A stretch of 63,929 bases of DNA, counting the filler, from Platydemus manokwari (lineage: Eukaryota): assembly GCA_037951405.1 (NCBI GenBank). It is 5 parts of 5 records of this genome, joined end to end, with 100 filler letters (N's around TTAATTAATTAA, not from the genome) between each part and the next. Parts side by side here need not be neighbours in the genome. Positions count along the whole stretch, not along the records: positions 29,664 to 41,005 come from JBBMOY010746648.1; positions 41,106 to 54,587 come from JBBMOY011709177.1; 3 more parts are not named here. One strand, 5' to 3'. Below the pieces are notes generated by a model, which was not told the DNA's origin, ran no database searches, and saw nothing but the letters and a program-made list of their open reading frames with translations. The position numbers and the translations under genes were made by a program. Below are positions 39,031 through 53,100 of the stretch, one piece after another (position 1 is the first letter of the stretch; each line of letters begins with the position of its first letter).

Positions 39031-41005
39031 CAATATTATAATTATAAAGTCCATCAAGAGGAGAACAAAACGGAGGGCCATTATTCTATCAATCCCGATT
39101 GTAACTAGCATGTGGGAAGTGATTGACAATAGTGTTCCATATTGATCCATTTCCATTATGAAAACTATTTGCAAAAAGTATGCAGCTGTTCTTTATTATT
39201 TCTATTGTTACGATTAATTCTTGCTATCTATGCTAATGCATTTCTGCCATACATCCCAATTTGTCAGAAGAAGAAATATTCTAATTACATAGAGCTAATT
39301 AATAACAGTTTTTCTCCTCGTATTAATTAGTTTTTCATTGTCGTTTACATTGCAGGTTAATATGTGTTCATGCCAAATTGTTGTTTTATGTTTTAGTTTA
39401 TTGGAAAATTAAGAAAATGTAATTTTATACATAAGTGAGATCGTCCGGACTCGAAAATGAAGAACTGAAAGAATATTGGAAAAGATAATCACCATGATCC
39501 CAAGAACTCTCTCGTTTCATTCTGATCAGTCTGCCTATTTAAATATTATAAGCAGTAGCTATTTCATTTAAAAGTTCCATAAGATTTAAATTCAAAGGAA
39601 TAGATATCGAATACAAACCAATTAAAGTATTAAAAATAAAAAATTCTCATTGACGATTTAATAATAATAATCTTGAATAGAAATCTGATAGAATTAAAAT
39701 TCAAAAATATCGATACATATAAATCGTTATTTTAAATAGTATTAGAATTTTTATAATCTCGCATTTTTTGAATTAATCTTGTTGATAATCCGGGCATTTG
39801 TAATATCGAATGAGAACTTGATTATACTAATTAATAGTCGATTCATTTTTGGATTTTAAACAATGTGTTTTACCTCATTATCATTCAAATATTATTTATC
39901 ACTTAACTGTGGAGTGTTTTGCAAATTCATTATGATTTTACTCTCAAATATCTCTCAGGAACATCAGAGAGGAACATTTCTGACTACACAAAATATCGAT
40001 CCTAAATTTGTTCTTAATCATAAGCAAATTTCTATCGTTAGATTGAATTTTCTGTTTTAGTTGAATAAGTTTTTATTTAAACAAAGGAGGTAGGATTTCC
40101 AATAATCAACGTGACCGTTGAGAATAAATTTATTCACTATGATACATGTCAAATGAAATCGATTCTATTCTTTATTTTTTGTAAGCCTATTGAAATTGAA
40201 ATTCTCAAAACCTCCTCACGGACAGAGTGCACACGTGCGAAGCCATATCACATCTTTTATATGAGATAATTAAATAGAGGATTAGACAGAAATTAGCTGT
40301 CTAACTTGTTGGATAATCTTGGACTAAACGAGTTGTCCAAGCTCTGGTAATAAATCACATTAATCAATTTTGCTTTCTCTAAATGAATTATTATGCCTAG
40401 TTCGGTCATTTCTCTGGCGAATTATTTATTGTTATAACTGATGGGATGATGTTTATTGATGTGAGAATTACCAGATCGATCTGAATAATTGTGAAAACAA
40501 TTTCTGTGAAAGTTAATGGGGCTCTTAATTTTCATTTTACTTTTCCATAGCATCGATCTATCATCAATTCTTTTCCTTCTTGCCCGATATAAATTTTCTG
40601 CTGATTATGAGTTTGAATTTATCGACTCTCGTAGAAAGTCCATTTTATCAAAGAACAGCAATAGATAAATTTCGGAATTGTGTCCCCACCGCCCTCAGAA
40701 AAATGAGAGAAATAAAAAAAGAGCCGATAAATGTCAAGATATAATTCATCGATCAACAATGCGAATAATCGATGAAAACACTGTCAAAAGGTATCCCCCA
40801 GTGACAAATCGACAGAAAGTAAAATCATAGACAAGATAGAATGGGGTATTTCAATTAATAATTGCATGATAATTGAGTGTGAAATAAGCTCATGGTTCTC
40901 TGAGCAGCTGCATCGAGCAAAGAGCTATCGAAATGAACTGAATGCTCAAACAATTCCTGAGATCTCTTTATAATGAATTGATTAATTGGTATTCCGAATG
41001 GAATA

Positions 41006-41105
41006 NNNNNNNNNNNNNNNNNNNNNNNNNNNNNNNNNNNNNNNNNNNNTTAATTAATTAANNNNNNNNNNNNNNNNNNNNNNNNNNNNNNNNNNNNNNN
41101 NNNNN
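41006..41105. other. Artificial contig spacer
   Basis: 44N-TTAATTAATTAA(41050-41061)-44N. Confidence 0.97.

Positions 41106-41180
<75 letters not shown>
41106..41180. repeat. (TAA)n microsatellite at contig start
   Basis: Near-perfect run with one GAA interruption. Confidence 0.97.
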
Positions 41181-41497
41181 GTGATAATCCCATTTATAAA
41201 TGAGAACATTTAATTTAAACAACAAATATGGGAATAAATCGATTAGAAGAACACAGTGATAACTGATAAAGTGTAAAAAGAAACAGTTGTCATGGCACAA
41301 GTAAGAAAACCACTAAAGACAGGGGCTACCCACAGTTGCAATGATCGAAACTCGTATGTGTATCGGTAGGACGCATGTATTCGTACACATCGATAAACGC
41401 CTTTTGACACACATACGGACTTTGATCAGCAAATCAAAATCAGTGTTTGGTTATTTAATCGAATTTACATTTACATTTCAGATTATTCCAATTATTG

Positions 41498-41956
41498 ATG
41501 AATACTGCTAATCTTACGTTTGGGCTTATCATAGCAACCGTGGTTCTCCTCATCATATCGGCTGCGACTCCGTATTTCGGATGTGGAAATATTCTCGTTG
41601 ACTGCAATCATTACGGCTATCTAATTGCGGTGAAAATATTTTTCATGCTTGGTTTGGTTTGTTGCATTGTGGTTTTAATTCTCGAGATACTGGCTTTTGC
41701 TTCTCTCACCTACCGAGGTCATTCAACGTTGGGTCTGGTTCGATTGATAATGCTGGCCATTGGAATTGGAAGCTTATTTATCAGTATCATAGTGTACACG
41801 TCGCATTATTATCAACTGTGGTCATATGTGTTCGCTATTATCGCCATGACAATTGGGCTACAATTACTCATTATGGCAATAATGACCAGCAGCTGTACTC
41901 TGACAACTAGAACTACAGGTCATGTTGTCGTTAGAGAAACGATTGTCACACGCTGA
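41498..41956 (+). CDS. Small four-transmembrane protein (claudin/PMP22-like topology), 152 aa
   Basis: Four hydrophobic segments. The short first loop carries a cysteine pair (PYFGCGNILVDC) and WSY precedes TM4. Single coding exon, with a probable 5'UTR intron at 41301-41481. Confidence 0.8.
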   Translation: MNTANLTFGLIIATVVLLIISAATPYFGCGNILVDCNHYGYLIAVKIFFMLGLVCCIVVLILEILAFASLTYRGHSTLGLVRLIMLAIGIGSLFISIIVYTSHYYQLWSYVFAIIAMTIGLQLLIMAIMTSSCTLTTRTTGHVVVRETIVTR

Positions 41957-44900
41957 AAGACGAAATTGTTTAGTTTTGTTAAAATTTTTAGAATTTTTTT
42001 ATAGCATGGAATTATCGTTAAATAATTATACAATTGGCATGGTATAGTCATGATATATTTGTGTTTGTGATGGTCACAATAACCTTTATAGTATTCGTGT
42101 GGACTCTGACAATCATGGAGGCATGATGCTTTGATTTCATCTGAATTGTATAAACCGTGTTACTATATCCTTTGTTTATTTTATTTTTAATCAATGTATT
42201 TGTTTATGGATCAATTAAAATATTTATTTTCCAAAATATTATTATTATTATTTTTATTATTGTTATTATAAGAATTAATAATAATTTTTTAAATCATTAA
42301 TGTAGCAGTAGGTTTAATTGATTTCAAATAAGGAGTGATTAGATCTTATGTTTATAAATTTGTATAACACGTTCATTGCGTGCATAATTTTAGAACACAA
42401 CAAAATTGTTATGATTCAGAATAAACATTCCTTACACGTAATATACTTTATAAAAATCGATAATCCTTAATCTACGACTGTTACAAGATCGAGTGACAAT
42501 GCAATTATTAGTCGAAATTTGTAATTCTGATACACAAAAATTACTTTGCTGCATTCATTACAGATAGAATATCTCTACCAAACTTGTAGTTGATTAGGAT
42601 ATTCCGGTTACCATATAAATGCAACATAATAAAAATAGAATCGTAGCAGGAGAGATTGTGGACCAATAAATATTCATTTTATTGTCATAATGTAAGATTT
42701 ATATCAGCGTTACTTATTCTAAAACACTCTACAAATTCCTCTCTGAATCTTTCCTTCGGACTCAATCCAAAGCAAACATATTCAAAAAATAATGAAAGTC
42801 TTTTAATTCCACTTATCTTCGTTGTTTAGAATGCTGTGGCAAAGATATTCAAGCGTGTTTGTGGCTTGCTACAATTCCTTGATATGTAGGCATAAATTAA
42901 TCTTTCAAGCCCTTACCACCTGCATACCAGTAAAAGAAAAATATGGCATCATGTCTGGACACTGATATACCAGTGAGGAGATAAATGGTTTAGTTTCTTC
43001 ATTTGATTCGAAATTTTTATCTTTTGTTTCCATTATTTTATAAGCACAGCTAATATCGGTTATTTACCCATTCTGGCTCAGAAGCTCAGGTAGCAAGATG
43101 AAAATAGATCAGGAACTCATGGCTGAAAGGGTTAAAGATAAAATAATGAAGGAGACATATTTATGTTGGAACAAAAGCTCATTGTGCAAACTCAGGCGTT
43201 GTCTTCATGAGGGAATAAAATCACATTTGATGTTGTTTACAGATTTTGTGGAATTGATAAATTTTGTATTCGTTAATCTTGATAATAATAATTTTTTATT
43301 TCGTACATACTGTTTAAGTTAATAAAATTCATTTACCACATATAATTGTCAATAAATGTTTCCAAAAATTTTATTTTCTCACACACTCATGAAATCATTG
43401 TTTTACTAATTGCTGTATTACATAAACAGTGGATAAGCACATTGCTAGTCATTAATCTTCTCTCATACAGATATGACATACAATATTCTTTCACTTCAAT
43501 ACTCTCAACAGCCATCTTGTTTGTAATCGATAGTGAACTCATTTCACCAAATTGCTTTATTTACCCCATGACAATTTCTATTCTTTCTATTCTCAATGGT
43601 TTAAAAATCATCTTGAAAATAATCCAATGATATTTTTATTGATCGATCATTGATTATTTTAATACCAACAATTTAAAATTGATATTGATTATGAGACATA
43701 ATGGTTCTCAAATCAAATCAAATCGTAGCAGAAATGCTATTTCCTGCCAAAAATATCTAATGTTTTTATGCCCGGTTTGATAAAAAAATAAATGTTGATT
43801 GAAAATTTTATCGAATTTTTCACCATTATATTCAAATTGTGGTAAAAATTTTGCTAATAATTTATTAACCAATCAAATTGAAGTTTGAAAATTCTTTAAA
43901 CAAACAATTTTTCGATGAATTCAACAAATAACTCCATAGGTTGTTTAACTGCAAATTTTTTCTAAATATAAATATCGATTAATTTTCGAGGATTAAGATA
44001 TTAAGTAATAAAATTTAGCTGAAAACCAATGGTAATTATTGATTAAATCAGTCCTTATTCGATTGATGCTGTTTAATTGAATAAAGAAATACAAATTCCA
44101 AAACATTTCAACACACATCTTTTGGTGTACTTTGATATTTATCATTATTATGCATTATTATTGATTTAGAAATTATCGGATAACATATTAAACGTTCCAG
44201 CTATACGTGTAATCTCGAGACAATCCATAAGTTTATTTAAATTGCATTTGATTCTTATGAAATAGATCTAAAAATTTAATTGATTTTCTGCCACTTTTTT
44301 CAAACTAAATTCAATAATTCTATTAATCTATAAAAAATTTGTTATGGCTGTGTGATTTCATACCAGATTCTTGGAAAGTTCAATAGTCTGTGTAATGACA
44401 AAACTATATGAATTATTGATTTAAACTCTAAATATTTATTTTAAATTTTAATTTCACTGAGACTGATGATCGCTTATCGTTGATTGATTTATCTACATCA
44501 GTAACTTTGTTAGTTATATCGAAAATACGTTAATATTCAATCCGATAATTATTATTACTATATTATTAACTGTTAATATGTGATATTACTACTTGTTGAC
44601 ATTGAAATGCCGAGACAGATTATGTATAAAATTGTATTTAGAAGAATGAGAACACAATTTTTGGAAAAAATCCTGAAGTGAGTAGCCGCCAAATCCGAAA
44701 AATCGGACGGAAAAGAGAAAGGAGGTGAAAAGATTTTAAGTCGAAATGTCAACAATAGTGACAACAATTATTATCTAATTATAAATAAAATTATTAATAG
44801 CATTGCAATGATAAAAATATAAAATGGTGAGAAAATCTTAAAGGCAATTATGAAAACTAACTTAACTCATACTACTTTTTTCTCCGCTCTCAGGTCTGGT

Positions 44901-45226
44901 TTAACAAATCCACATTAATATCGCTCACCGAATTTATAGTAATGAAATTTGATTTATCCTCAATGATATAATTACAATGTGATAATTCTTCTCACTCGAA
45001 ATTTGTTTTAAGGGTGTTTGTTGGTTTGTGAATTAACCATTTATAGCTGTTGTCATGACCTTTTGATACCTTTCATATTGTTTCACTCATTATTTTTTTG
45101 AGATTTTGGTGTTTGTTTAAGAAATCATCACCTTATAAGTTTGTACTTTTTAGCTTTTTTCAAAGGTCATTTATTTATTTATTTGATTTGCACGTTATTA
45201 TTGTTTTTTATGTTTATTAATTTTCA

Positions 45227-45246
45227 TTTATTATTATTATTATTAC

Positions 45247-45295
<49 letters not shown>
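45227..45295. repeat. (TTA)n microsatellite
   Basis: Trinucleotide run that produces the spurious poly-Leu ORF. Confidence 0.97.
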
Positions 45296-47321
45296 GGGAG
45301 TCAATATTAGTGCTATACTCCGACAATAAAACACAGAGGCGTGAAAAGACGGCCATGACTGTTAGTTCATAAGACCAATGGAAGAAGAAGAATGCCGAAA
45401 CAGAATCGTCAAGATATGCAACCACAGCTACGAAATACGGGCTAGCAGAGAATGAAAATGATTTGGAGAAATTGATCCATAAAACAGGGCAATAGTAGAG
45501 CGAGTTGATAAAGAATGGCTAGAGGGTGTAGAAGAATAAGAAAAAGATCAAGTGGAAGACTGAAAAAATGGAAAGCCAGGAATTCCGCAGAAGCTAATGA
45601 GCATCGAGCATGGATCTCGTTACTGAACAATATATCATTGTTGTAATCATTCTTCTATTTTTAAGAAATCTTACTTACGTTTCATCTAGCTGTTTTCATC
45701 TTTGATTATTTTCAAGAATTTCCCGTCATTTCCTTTTAGTTACTTCCACTGACGCTACTTTCTGGTTACATTTATTTTATTTTTTTCCGTTTTTCTTTTT
45801 ATTCGTTATAATTTATTAAAGTACTTTATTTATCTTTTCTATATTTTCCTTCGTCGTCCTTTTTCATCCCTATTAGTATTCCTCCTCTTACAGTATCTCC
45901 GCCTACACCCAATGTCAATTTATTGCCCATGTCACATTATTGGCTCCCTCTTTAAAATCTTCATCGTCCCATTCTCCAATACTTATATCCTCAATAATCA
46001 TACATCTCCCGTCTATATGATGCCTGCTAACTTGTCTATTTGTTATTTCAATACCCGTTGATTCCTGTTGTTTCCTCCGAAACATCCTTTTCTTCATCTC
46101 TTTATTTCCTTTCTCATTTCATTTTCGAATTGATCCTGCGGGAAATATTCCTGTCCCAAATGTTGTCGAAATATTAGTTCATATTATCATAGAGATTACC
46201 TTCTCAACTTAGATGATCATGGCAGATTGCATTGGGATTGTGTTGAAACTGGCATTGAGATTGAAACCGACATTTGATATCAAATATCTTGTTAATTTAT
46301 AGAAATGTATATAATTGTCAAGCTATATCAGTTATAAATGTTCCATACTTTTTAACTATAATAATAAGCTTTCAATGAATAACAATTTCATGAACATTTA
46401 ACGTGCTAATAATTTTTTGATTTTGTTTTATGTTATTAGTTTCTGAAAATTTATTGAAATGTCCGTGAATCAGTAGATTTATCATTTTTTCAAATCTACC
46501 TACACAAAGTCACTATCGATGCAGATTCAATATCATTTATGCATAATAACACTGGATACAATCGTTGAATGGCAGGTCTTGTTGTTATTCAAATATTAAA
46601 ATCAAAATTTCATTAATAGAGCATTTACAAATAATTGACAACGATGCTATCATTGATGACATTTGGTAAATATAGATGTAATGAAATGAAAGATATAATC
46701 AATAATTTTATTAATAAAAATAAATATAAAAATGATAACAATTTTAATTATCAATCTACTAATATTTCAATATTAATTTACAACTTAAAGAAAAATGTAT
46801 TTCATTCGAAATTTGATGTTTTCTAATTCAAAACTAATTAGACAAAGAGAAAATACAACATATCGTCTTTAAATGTGATTTATTTCATAACAATATATTC
46901 AATAATTGAAACAATATCAATTACAGATATTAAAAGAATACCCATAAATATTCAGCACAATGAACTCATAGCAAAAGCATATTATAATGATCAAAACCAA
47001 TACATTTTTTATATACAAAACATTGACCGTATCATGCAATTTGCATCTTCGTAGACAAATGTCAAGACGATTTTTTCAATAAAAATCGATAACGATTATA
47101 AACAATCTGCAAATAATGAATGAAGTGGAGATATGTTCACTACAGTAATTATGTGGAATATTCCAATATGCTTGGCACCATGGCAACAATAATTACGCAG
47201 ATCAGTCGATTAGATTTTTGTTATGAAAATAAGATTTCAAATAAACAATGTTTCAATTTCCAACAAATAGCAAGCCACAACCAGTATGCTTTTTCAATTT
47301 ATAATAAATAAATATTTGCTT

Positions 47322-49121
47322 TCAATCTAATTTGATATTTTGATACATGAATTTAATAAAATAAAACGATGCTATAAACGCAACGGAGCCTAATCCGAGA
47401 AAAAACGCATAACAAATGAGAAAACTATAACTGAAATATTCGATTGTTTGAACGAATCCACTCATTTTGGAACGATAAAAATAATGAAATATGCAATAGA
47501 AAAAAACGAAAACAGCACTACAAAGAGCTAATTGGATCGTGTTCCACCACCAACGATAATCTTCATTAACAAGTTGGAAATATGTCAAATTGATTGCAAC
47601 ACAAATCGTGACGAGCAAAAGAATGAAAAATATGATAAACAACACCCCATATAAATCGTAATGTTCTCGACCCCAAATCGTTGAGAAAATATAATATAAT
47701 TCAATACAAATAGAACTAAAAGGCAAGAATCCCCCCAGAATCAGATATGCATATTTCGATTTGTACCAAGCAACATGAGGTATTTCTCTAGCAATATTTC
47801 TAGCCCGACATCCATTGGAGTCGACTCGTGAATCGGTTCGTTTGCCGAGCATTCCACCAGTGATTGTCAGCGGGTATCCCACAACCAGCCATATCAACAT
47901 GAGAATGAATATCGTCGATATTGGCATGGCATGTGTGGTGCCGTACAATACAGATACGCTGTTGCACACCAACCAAACACTCGCCAATGGAATGCCAAAT
48001 AATGCCGTCGTCGAATTGACCACTCGTACCCAACTGGTCGATGATTGTTGCAACATTTGAGTGTTTTGAAACATCTGATACAATCGACAGCTGACGAAAC
48101 CAGCGATCCATGATGTGAATGAATACAATAGTAATGCAGCAATATTGATAACACCGTGATTGTGAGCATGAAACATGTTTAACAGAGCCATAATCATGAT
48201 GCCCAATGAAATGGCAACCAGCTGACAGCCTGTACCAATGATGCTACAGAAGATCAGTTTACTATTTGGTGGTCGAAACACGTCATTGTGTACGATTTTC
48301 CAGCCTTTCTCATCGAGATCATCGTCTTCGGTGAGATCGGCAGTATTGGATTTGTTATAACGAGCGAAATCTCGTCTCAGAACTCGGCTGATGATGAACA
48401 TGATGAATGTCATTAATAAGAAAACGAGAATGAGCGAATTTGTAATACTAATCCAATGAATTTCCAATGTTACAGGAAAGAAATTGTTTTTCATAATACG
48501 ATTCATTCGATCTTTGACGGGAATTATTGACGAAATCCAGTTCACAGAATATGTGAAGGTGATATTGATTGTTTTGTGTTGTAGTGGTATAAGGCTTATT
48601 GGATCAGATTGTGTAGTGAAGATGTTAGCATAAATGATATTGTTCTTGTTGTAATCGATTTGTATGTTGTGATGGGTGTAAAGTAATGTTTTATGAGTGT
48701 GAGGTAACAATTTACTCTCTTCTAGATTACCAATGAATCCTCGAATAGGAATATCATCAATGACGAATTCAAAATAATATAAATCCTCAATGGCCCGAAT
48801 TAATCGACTGATATCTTGAGGTTGTAAAGTTAAATGGCATAAAATTACTTTATCGATATTTTGTTGGAAATTAATTTTGTAAATTGATTTGGCCATGCGA
48901 TCACCATCGAGAACTTCACCAAGACTCAAACGTTTGAACGTTACTTCTGGTGGTCGACAAACAGGAAGTGTGTAATAATGATAAGTTTCATGGGGGTTAT
49001 AATAGGGACCCACTTTGTTGACATACATAATAACCGGTTCTTTAATGTTGTATGATTTAGGCTCCTTAGCATCATACAATTTAAGAATAAACAAAAATAC
49101 ATAAGCTATTGTATATATCAT
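47322..49121 (-). CDS. TM9SF1: Transmembrane 9 superfamily member 1 (nonaspanin/EMP70), 599 aa, intronless CDS
   Basis: YVNKVGPYYNPHETYHYYTLPVC, LSLGEVLDGDRMA, LEIHWISITNS, GWKIVHNDVFR, GGFLPFSSICIELYYIFSTIWGRE, EDYRWWW and the C-terminal KxD. Signal peptide plus 9 TM segments. Confidence 0.96.
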   Translation of the reverse strand: MIYTIAYVFLFILKLYDAKEPKSYNIKEPVIMYVNKVGPYYNPHETYHYYTLPVCRPPEVTFKRLSLGEVLDGDRMAKSIYKINFQQNIDKVILCHLTLQPQDISRLIRAIEDLYYFEFVIDDIPIRGFIGNLEESKLLPHTHKTLLYTHHNIQIDYNKNNIIYANIFTTQSDPISLIPLQHKTINITFTYSVNWISSIIPVKDRMNRIMKNNFFPVTLEIHWISITNSLILVFLLMTFIMFIISRVLRRDFARYNKSNTADLTEDDDLDEKGWKIVHNDVFRPPNSKLIFCSIIGTGCQLVAISLGIMIMALLNMFHAHNHGVINIAALLLYSFTSWIAGFVSCRLYQMFQNTQMLQQSSTSWVRVVNSTTALFGIPLASVWLVCNSVSVLYGTTHAMPISTIFILMLIWLVVGYPLTITGGMLGKRTDSRVDSNGCRARNIAREIPHVAWYKSKYAYLILGGFLPFSSICIELYYIFSTIWGREHYDLYGVLFIIFFILLLVTICVAINLTYFQLVNEDYRWWWNTIQLALCSAVFVFFYCIFHYFYRSKMSGFVQTIEYFSYSFLICYAFFLGLGSVAFIASFYFIKFMYQNIKLD

Positions 49122-50092
49122 ATCTAAAAATTATGTAATTATAATTATGTTATAACAAATAAAATGACAATATAATAATATTTAATAAATTTAAAAATTG
49201 TCGATCGATTGTTTGGACACGAACAATTAAAAAGTAAATTGAACGCCTTAAACAAAATTATTTATTTAGTAAACATTCGTTAATTATTCATCAAGTTATA
49301 ATTATAATTTTTCTTTTAAAAATTTGTAATTTTTAAAATATTATCTATAAATAAGATTATAATTTATAAAATAAATGAAATTATCCAGTAATTTTGAATA
49401 CTAAGGATACATCGATTTTTATCTTCAAAAATATAATACTAACTGAGAAATAATCGAAATTTTATAAACTAATACGAAATTTTTACATAAATAGAAATTA
49501 AAATATGCAATCATCATTTCCGCATGAGACAACCAAAAACTAACAAATTCAAAATTTGCCATATATATATTTTGAAATTGTTTTCACCTTTTAGTAAATG
49601 TGGTGCCCTTTGTCATTTATTATCCATATTTGCTAAACTGAAAATTTATAACAATGATGTGCTTATTACAATTTTATTTGAATTGTTCGCTACATCCACT
49701 ACATGATTTTGAAAATTAATTAAGTAACAATTATTTCTCTATTATCTATTCGAAATATTTCTGATAATCAAATTGATCACTAATTACTTATGGATTGGTG
49801 ATTTCAAAAGCACCAGTTGTAAGCTGCTACTATATTATAAAGCACGCAATAAAAATCAACTGTAAAAGTCACGACACAGAAATATCTAATTAAGTAGAAT
49901 TATTTAAACAAATTAATTTTTTACTTATTGTTGGGAAACCACAGACCATATGGTGCTCTATTCGATTAGTGAGGAGAGCCAAGATGAATATAAAAATACA
50001 CATCACAATTAGTTATTATGGTGCATGGCGTTAAATTTTTGAATTATTTCTATTATCAAAATGACAAATTACTTACTTTACTTGTTCTATGC

Positions 50093-50110
50093 GAGAGAGA
50101 GAGAGAGAGA
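50093..50110. repeat. (GA)n microsatellite
   Basis: Short perfect dinucleotide run. Confidence 0.85.
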
Positions 50111-53100
50111 TAAGAAATGTTACAAGCTTTCATAATATTTGCAGTCAAACCTATGATTCATATTTATTTCTCACATTTCTCAATAACCATTATATTGAAT
50201 ATAATTAACAAAATACTGTAAACGATTTATTAATCACAATAATACAACTTTACCTCCAAAAACAGCTTAACACAAATTCTAACATAAACATAACACTGGC
50301 AGCTAACATAGTGGCAATTGACCATCTCGGTCTCATTATTTATATTCGTGTTTTGTGTGTTTCGCTTTTAATTGATTGTTTTGTTTATTGCATTTTCGTT
50401 GGATCCGACGATCATAAGATGTGGGGATTAGACAATCCCTATGCGTGTCTCCTCATGTGGTCATGATTTTTCTGTTTAAGTCATCTGTCATTCTTTGGTT
50501 GTCAAGCTTGTATGATTATGTAGGTGTGCCAATGTTTAAATTATTAAAACAAGGGTTTTAAGGCACGAAATCGTTTTCTTTTTCTGGATTTGTCTTCACT
50601 CAATAATTATATCTCATCATGATCTTATTTCAAATCCAAATGAAACTATTGACCAAAATAAATCCTACCCAATCGAACATTTCAATTACATCCCAATACC
50701 AAAAGAGCAATATTTTATGAAAATGTGCAAATACATTATAAAATTTTAATTTATAAATTCACTTTATTTTAATCATTCCTGCTTTTCAATAATTCCCTTG
50801 ATTATGTTTATATTTTTATTATGTTATTAAATATATTTGTACATGAGATATATCTCTAATTCGAGAAGGACTTCGATAGCAAGTATTTTAGAATTTATAA
50901 TAATAATCAAAGATTGGATGTGCCAAATTCTGGTTTATCTAAATAAAATTTTATAAGTGAAACTTCATTTATTACAATCATTTACTGAACTATAATATAA
51001 TCACTGAATCAGTAAAACAAAAAGCAAATTCCTATTTATAAAATTATTTTTGAAAGCAAATATATGCAAAAAATAAAATAAAACACAAACAATGAACATT
51101 CAATATCAGATTCCTTACCTAATTGAGTTATTGGAAATCCAAGCGGACGGAGAAGACAAGGAAATTATTAGTTAAAAATATGATGACTTTAAATCCACAT
51201 ATCAATTATGAGTCAGTATTCATGATGATTAAATGCGTTTTGAAAAAATATTTTTCATAGATAAAACAAGTTACCTTTACTATTCGCAACTCAATTAATT
51301 AATAAAATATCCTTAAATCTATAACGAATCCACAAACAAATTCTTATTCGCAAATCGATTAAATGATACACCTTATTCTAATCACAAATTAAATAATCTG
51401 TTCAAATTAATATTCTGTGTTGCTTATTAGTCTTTTTAATTTGTGATAGCAAGTAATCAATGCGTTCATTGGCGTTCAGTTCTAATATTTATAGTCCTAC
51501 GGATGCACCTGCGGCCTTTTATCGTCCTTAAATTACGTAAATATTCTTTTCTTAATTATTTTTTTTCTTATTTTTATTGCCTTTGTATTTATATATTTTG
51601 ATTAATTATTATTTAATGTCTTTTTAAATTAATATATTTTCTCTAATGATTATTATCAATTGATTTTTTATCATCATAATTTAACCAACTCTTATCTTCT
51701 TACAAAAATAAAATGATAAGATCTATTAAGATATTCGATAACAATTTTTATACAATTTTCCCAAAATCAAATAATTTGAATAAAATAATCAAATGATAGA
51801 AATAATCAAATGATAGAAATGATCATAAGATAAAAATTGCATGTTAAAATTAATCATAGAATAAGACAGTTTTGATAAAGTTAGCGAACAACCGATGAAT
51901 CGAAAATTTAAGCTGATTGTAGAGTAAATTTAGGTATCATTCTAGCAACAGAATTTTATTAAAGAAAATGTGTTTGAGAAACATTTTGGAGATGATTGAT
52001 TTATTTAAAAAATTATAAGATTTATCTAGGGTTTGCTCAATGAGATTTATATTCTGAATTGGTCTATACTTCAATAATGATACCTTTTGGCATTGTGAAA
52101 TTTTTATGATTTTTCGATTATGCGTAAATGCTGGTTAAAAATATGAAAAATTATTTTTCTTTATACGTTAATCTTTGTTGATTGTGAATAAAGAAATTCA
52201 GAAGTTAAAATAATTTTACAAAATGATGTAGAGACAATTACAATTTTATAACAAATCAACACAATATATGTATAGATGTATTGGATTAATCGGAACTATT
52301 ATAATCAAGAACGAATTCCGCTATCAAGAACGAAAAACCAGAACAGCGAATGTTGTTTGGTTATCAAACAACAATCTGAATCTGAAAATTTGTATTAACT
52401 AAATATGACAATCAAAGTCTCAATAACAACATCAACAAATCTCTACGTAATTCACAAAGAAAATCATTTAAAATGTGATCAGCCCCCGAAAGTCAAAAAC
52501 AGAATGAAGAGTAATCAAAAAGACTGATTAACAAAATCACATACATGCTAAGCACTGAAGTTATCGACCAAAAAAGACTGGCAAGAATCCATGGAACTCA
52601 ACTTCTTCTATAGACCTATAGGGTTTGTCTGCTTGATGTCAGGGATATTCGTTTTCCATTGGCAAAATTTGTTCGTGGATCGATTTGCTTGAGATTTTCC
52701 TTACATCTATCGTGTCATTGGAGGATATTTGAGCTTGCTGCTGTTTGTAGGTATGTTCCGGTTGATTCTTACCTTCTAAATATAGATTGATATTAGAATG
52801 AATTTGATTGGCGTGTGTTTATCTGGTTTGTGTACATTGTTCCTTTTTAGAGTTTTACCTTGGTTCTTGTGACCATTTGATTGATTTGTGACACACCTAA
52901 CAATAAATTAATAAAAATAATTCCCCAAAAATCTTCAGAAAATATTACAGGTCTAAAAAATCAAAGCATTCCCAGAATAATAATCATAATCGATCACTAA
53001 CAATGATAGGATGTACAAGGATCGCCGAAAAAAATGAGGAACTTTTGCACTCAGAATCACTTCTGAAAAGAAATTCAGTTATTTTGACACTTGAAAACAC

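Noticed and set aside
41058-41300. Poly-Tyr, poly-Leu and poly-Asn ORFs (also 45141-45329, 54640-55053, 54743-54946)
   Set aside because: They are translations of (TAA)n microsatellites and N runs.
45296-46200. Retroelement ORF remnants after the (TTA)n tract
   Set aside because: Coding-like composition, but no motif could be assigned with confidence.
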